From Sinanodonta woodiana (lineage: Eukaryota), in contig CM100994.1 of NCBI GenBank assembly GCA_046254885.1, forward strand, positions 93,702,727-93,766,726: DNA of 64,000 nucleotides. The letters run 5' to 3'. The notes beneath the pieces are model-generated. The model was given only the letters and a program-made list of their open reading frames with translations. It did no database searches and was not told the DNA's origin. A program made the translations under genes and the position numbers. Numbering within the stretch: position 1 is the stretch's first letter; every line of letters starts with the position of its first letter. Positions 62,163 to 64,000 of the stretch are shown piece by piece.

Positions 62163-63657
62163 CAGTAGTCCCACTCTGATACGGCCACCCCTGCTGCACC
62201 GGCAAAGTGGCCTTATAAGACGGATGGGGAGCTAAATTTATTATGAGAAGTACATGTACATGTATTTGTAATGTACCTAGTAAGAAATCTACATACTTCA
62301 AAACATTAAATATCTTCATCTAAATGAAAGATTAATGATCAAAAGGTTATTTTTGTTATAATAACAAATTTATTTCAACTAAATATATTTTTTTCTTTCT
62401 TGTCATAAGCATGATATGCGAGCGGGTATTGTTGTGTGCACATTACAAATGGGATCAATTACATCATTTACATCTCGGTACATACATAATTATCTTTCTG
62501 TTTGCTCCATTTTCCCACTGCTGCCTATTAACCTTTTTATCGGTTACAACTTTGTTTATTCAAATTATTTCAACATAAACTTTTTTTTCTTCTTTTTCTT
62601 GGAGTCTTTTTAACCCAAAATTGTTAGGCAAGTCCCTCCCCTTTCCCTATGTCGTCGTGTAGAATATCAGACTTTCTTCTAAAATAATGTATCCATTAAT
62701 GTGATGACATTTCAGTGTTTGGTAATGTTTTATTCGGTTATAGCTGACTATGCGATTTAATTATGCAGACAAAACTTGTGTCGAGTGTAGGAAATTCAGT
62801 CTTTTTAGAAGCCATAATGTGTTGTCATGTGATTTTTCTTTGTCTGGTACCCTGTTGTTTTTTAAGGTTCTCTGTGTGTGCCAATGATACAAAAACTATT
62901 TTAAGGGGCCCCGAGTGGCCGAGTGGTCTAAAGCGCTGTCCGTTACGGACCACTGCCATCTCACCTCTGTCTGCGTGGGTTCGAGTCTAAGATTCGGCTC
63001 ATGTAGTTAAGTGAGAAAGCTTGCCAGTAGCTTCTCGTGGGTCGGTGGTTCTTTCCGGATTTTTCCGGGTTCTTCCTCCACCACTAATACTGGCCGCCAT
63101 GTATAGCCTATATATTGTGCTGAAAAATGGCGTTAAACAATAAAAACTGAAAACAAAACAAAAACTATTTTTAGCATATATGCTGACCCAGTTATGATTA
63201 TAACAATTAGTGAATTACGTCTGGTTATAATCATCGATGAGAAGAATACGACATAGGTGTTAAACCCCAAACTCTTATCATAACATTATTGAGCCCATTT
63301 CCTGCAAACATCGACCTTTATAGATAATGATACACTATAAATCAGTAGTCGACAACTTTAACGGCGACTTGACACTCGGAGATGTGTATCTATGATAGTG
63401 ATAATCTAAACTGCTTACCTTACGTCAAGATTTGAATTAATTATTGAATCTGGATACATTTGAAGAAACAAAAGTGGCCGTTCAAGAGGGGGAGATTTGA
63501 CATTTTTGTACTAAAATTCTGGCCGCTGGTCGTGTTAGGTGGGTGGTTGCTCATGAGGGGTACTTTTGAGTAGAAATTGGTCAGTGACAAGGAATTCTGG
63601 CCATACGAAGTGGGTGGCTGCTGTTCAGGGGGGCTGTTCAAGAGGGGGACTACTGTA
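62163..63657. mobile_element. Second copy of the Tc1/mariner-like element, same orientation, carrying a nested SINE
   Basis: It is collinear with 32700-34467 except for small indels and the 255-bp SINE-B insertion. The right end is ...AGAGGGGGACTACTG|TA. The left end is degenerate (tgCAGTAGTCCCACTCTG). Confidence 0.65.
62904..63158 (+). mobile_element. SINE, family B, nested inside a Tc1-like element and flanked by a 14-bp TSD
   Basis: The TSD acaaaaactatttt is present at 62889-62902 and again at 63159-63172. The paralogous element copy at ~33950 has a single uninterrupted acaaaatctattttt, which is the empty site. Confidence 0.75.
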
Positions 63658-64000
63658 CTACAATGAGTTTACAAGTGTGTGTGTGTGTGCTGTCAGCACC
63701 AATGGATGTATATTATACAGCAGTAGCATCAATCAATGAAGATCATGAAAAATTCAAAAGAAATATTTGTTTATCAGTCATTTTATTTATTAAATATTTT
63801 GCAAAGAGGCAAATATTTCAGGGTATCTTTCTACCTTGGTTTTTCTCTGCATGTTAGGAGTTGGTGGAGACATAATTTAACAAGATAAAGAGATAGAAAA
63901 GAAAAGAAAGAAAAAGAAATAATAATTAAGATTTATTAAATAGTTGTTATAATATTTATAACTTATTCAATGACTTATAGAATCAGAATTAATTAGGGAA

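Overview
The window is animal-like eukaryotic genomic DNA, with repeat content that looks invertebrate or mollusc-like. The first ~9.5 kb is a compact, AT-rich, essentially intron-free block of virus-like genes on both strands, interpreted as the right-hand part of an integrated polinton/Maverick-like (MELD-type) dsDNA viral element whose left end lies outside the window. It encodes: a retroviral-type rve/DDE integrase; an A32/FtsK-HerA-type packaging ATPase; a ~920-codon replicative reading frame carrying an SF1 PIF1/RecD-like helicase with an HNH-like C-terminus; a Zn-ribbon protein fused to a parvovirus-type phospholipase A2 (PLA2) domain; an HNH homing endonuclease; and several small virion-like ORFs. 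No pPolB, protease or double-jelly-roll capsid gene is visible in the window. The three best-conserved genes (helicase, integrase, ATPase) carry five in-frame stop codons, all explicable as C>T changes (CGA>TGA, CAG>TAG, CAA>TAA). There are also two apparent 1-nt frameshifts in A-runs, in the PLA2 and HNH genes. Otherwise the reading frames are intact. The remaining ~54 kb is host DNA. A plus-strand multi-exon gene has at least 7 phase-compatible exons between 16.8 and 52.7 kb, and its first two exons encode a BRCT domain. Its introns contain two tRNA-derived SINE families (9 copies), five unrelated satellite arrays (27-, 35-, 42-, 50/65- and 87-bp units), four ~100-bp dinucleotide microsatellites, an RT-deleted LINE remnant, a Ty3/gypsy-like gag-RT remnant, two copies of a Tc1/mariner-like non-autonomous element (one with a nested SINE insertion and a 14-bp target-site duplication (TSD)), a ~1-kb terminal-inverted-repeat (TIR) element in two copies, and a foldback miniature inverted-repeat element (MITE). 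Coordinates I derived by hand, rather than taken from the ORF track, may be off by 1-3 nt.
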